Source of the DNA: Octopus bimaculoides
Lineage: Eukaryota
Length of the DNA: 64,000 nt
Reading direction: 5' to 3'
Assembly: GCF_001194135.2 (NCBI RefSeq)
Contig: NC_068995.1
Span: 33,305,218 to 33,369,217, forward strand
How positions within the stretch are numbered: the stretch's first letter is position 1; each line of letters starts with the position of its first letter. Made by a program: the position numbers and the translations under genes. The notes under the pieces are model-generated. The model had not been told where the DNA came from, searched no databases, and worked only from the letters and a program-made list of their open reading frames with translations. Positions 62,269 to 64,000 of this stretch are shown here, piece by piece.

Positions 62269-62811
62269 TCTCTCTTTTGATGATAAGTCCTCAGTTTATT
62301 ACATGTAACTTTCCCAAGTATTCTGGTACTTATTTCTTACATATTGGTGAACTGAGGCAAGCATAATAAATTATTGTGCTGAGAGACAAGTTCCCCCAGC
62401 AGACTACAATTTCTGACCAAAAGCTAATTGCTGAGCTCAGGTATTGAGCCAAATTGATGTAAAGTATTCTTTTATATATTTCAGCCTTGAGGCTGTGGCC
62501 ATACAAAAACCATTTTTTTTTTTTTTTTCAACTCTTTCCTTAATACTTTGATTTCACATTCTTTATTATAAAGAAGTGCTTGAAAAATTCACTCAGCTAT
62601 TTGTATTTTCATATTTGTGAAAAAGTGGGCAGTCAAGTAGGAGGAATGCTATATTGGTAATCTAAATGCTTTTTGTTTAGTTACATTCTGAGTTCAAATC
62701 TCACCAGCTTAAGTTCTGACTTTCATCTCTCTGGGCTTGATTAAAAAAAAAAAAGTACCAGTCATGGACAAGACTTCTTTCAATTATATCTCTTTTCTGC
62801 AAATTAGTGGA

Positions 62812-62995
62812 TATATAAAAAAAGGGTGCTGAAAAGTTCCTGGCTTTGGGTAAAATACGGGTGGATCAGTTAATTATGATTTTATTCAACATATTCACAT
62901 ACTTATTGGAGTCGTCTTTCAGTTTTTCTAAGCTCTGTAAAAAGAATTCAGGAAGTTGGACCTTCAACCAGGCTTTTCATGATACCCTTAAAGCC
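62812..62995 (+). mobile_element. Mariner-like terminal fragment
   Basis: TA…GGGTGCTGAAAAGTTCCTGGCTTT resembles mariner TIRs (recalled, not searched). Confidence 0.5.
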
Positions 62996-64000
62996 AGCAA
63001 TTTTTCTCCAACCCTCTGTAAAAAAGCATTACATTAATGTTAATATTATCCAAAAGAAATCTATATTTAAAACACAAATTTCATTGTATACATTTGCTTC
63101 CAGCCCAAATCAGTTACGTGAAACGTTATAAATTGTGGCTACACTAGACATAAATGTATAATAATGCAAATTTGTTGATCCTTCCAAAAGAAATTGTATA
63201 TCTGTGGCTGAATTTTTATCATGACATGTACAGTCCATATTGTATGTCATTGATTTGTGCTCCAAAACAGAACTGTATTCCAATAACCTCAATTTTATAA
63301 ACCAAAAATAGATACAATTTGCACTTTGTAACTGTCAATACATTCATTTTCTTCAATTCAAAACTCAAAATTTTAATTTTTATGAACCATTGATCCAGGT
63401 TGCCATTAGAAAATGGATGTTTTCTTCTATAGCAAGGCCCATGAAACTAGTCTCTCATGATCTCTGTTAGGTCTGTATGTCAGTGAGTTTGGCATTGTAT
63501 AGCAGCTTTTCCTAAGACCCACTGTTCCTAAAGATTATTAAACAAAATTGATTTTTTTTTTTTTTTTTACAGAACAAAAAGTAGGCCAAGTACCTACAAC
63601 ACCTGGAACCTGTCTATGAAATACAACTCACACTTAGATTGGTCTACCAAACTCATTAAATCATTTGCATAAAGAAAAAAAAATCATTGCTGTCTATTAT
63701 AATCCTTCTATGAAACTGAGTTGCCACTCTAACTCATCCCCCACATCAAAACAGCATCCATTTTTTTTGGATTTTTGCTATACTACTCCCATATTCTCTT
63801 GCTCCTGTGTCTGTGCTGTTCATATAAATCCTTTCTTAAAGCATGTTAAACATTTCTTATTTAAATCTACATTTCTCTTAGCCTCTGCAACCTGACTAAC
63901 CTACAATTTAGACTAGAACTTAATTATTTTGCTAATATTGGTCAGGTGTACTTAACATCATGTAATCTGTCTTACTTTTTGAAAACAAAAGTTTTTACAT

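Noticed and set aside
63577-63626. Plus-strand acceptor with short QKVGQVPTTPGTCL* frame as an alternative TRIP4 last exon
   Set aside because: Joining to exon 11 (phase 1, T|AA) gives an immediate stop, and no homology.

Overview
AT-rich, repeat-dense animal genomic DNA with five N-gaps. The SINE, LINE and MITE families look like Octopus (coleoid cephalopod); this attribution is from recall, not a search. Two protein-coding genes are well supported, both on the + strand. (1) An intronless ferritin-family ORF (18728-19252) has an intact cage-assembly scaffold but has lost most ferroxidase-centre and 3-fold-channel acidic residues. (2) A 12-exon TRIP4/ASC-1 gene (34526-58657; 1857 nt CDS, 618 aa) was assembled exon by exon with consistent GT-AG sites and phases. 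The rest is decayed RLE-type (R4/Dong-like) and RTE LINEs, three tRNA-derived SINE families (including a head-to-tail array of eight copies), hAT-, piggyBac- and mariner-like MITEs, many long inverted repeats, interstitial TTAGGG tracts and microsatellites. No CRISPR, rRNA or true tRNA gene was seen. Repeat boundaries are approximate (about 10-20 bp); exon boundaries were counted by hand.
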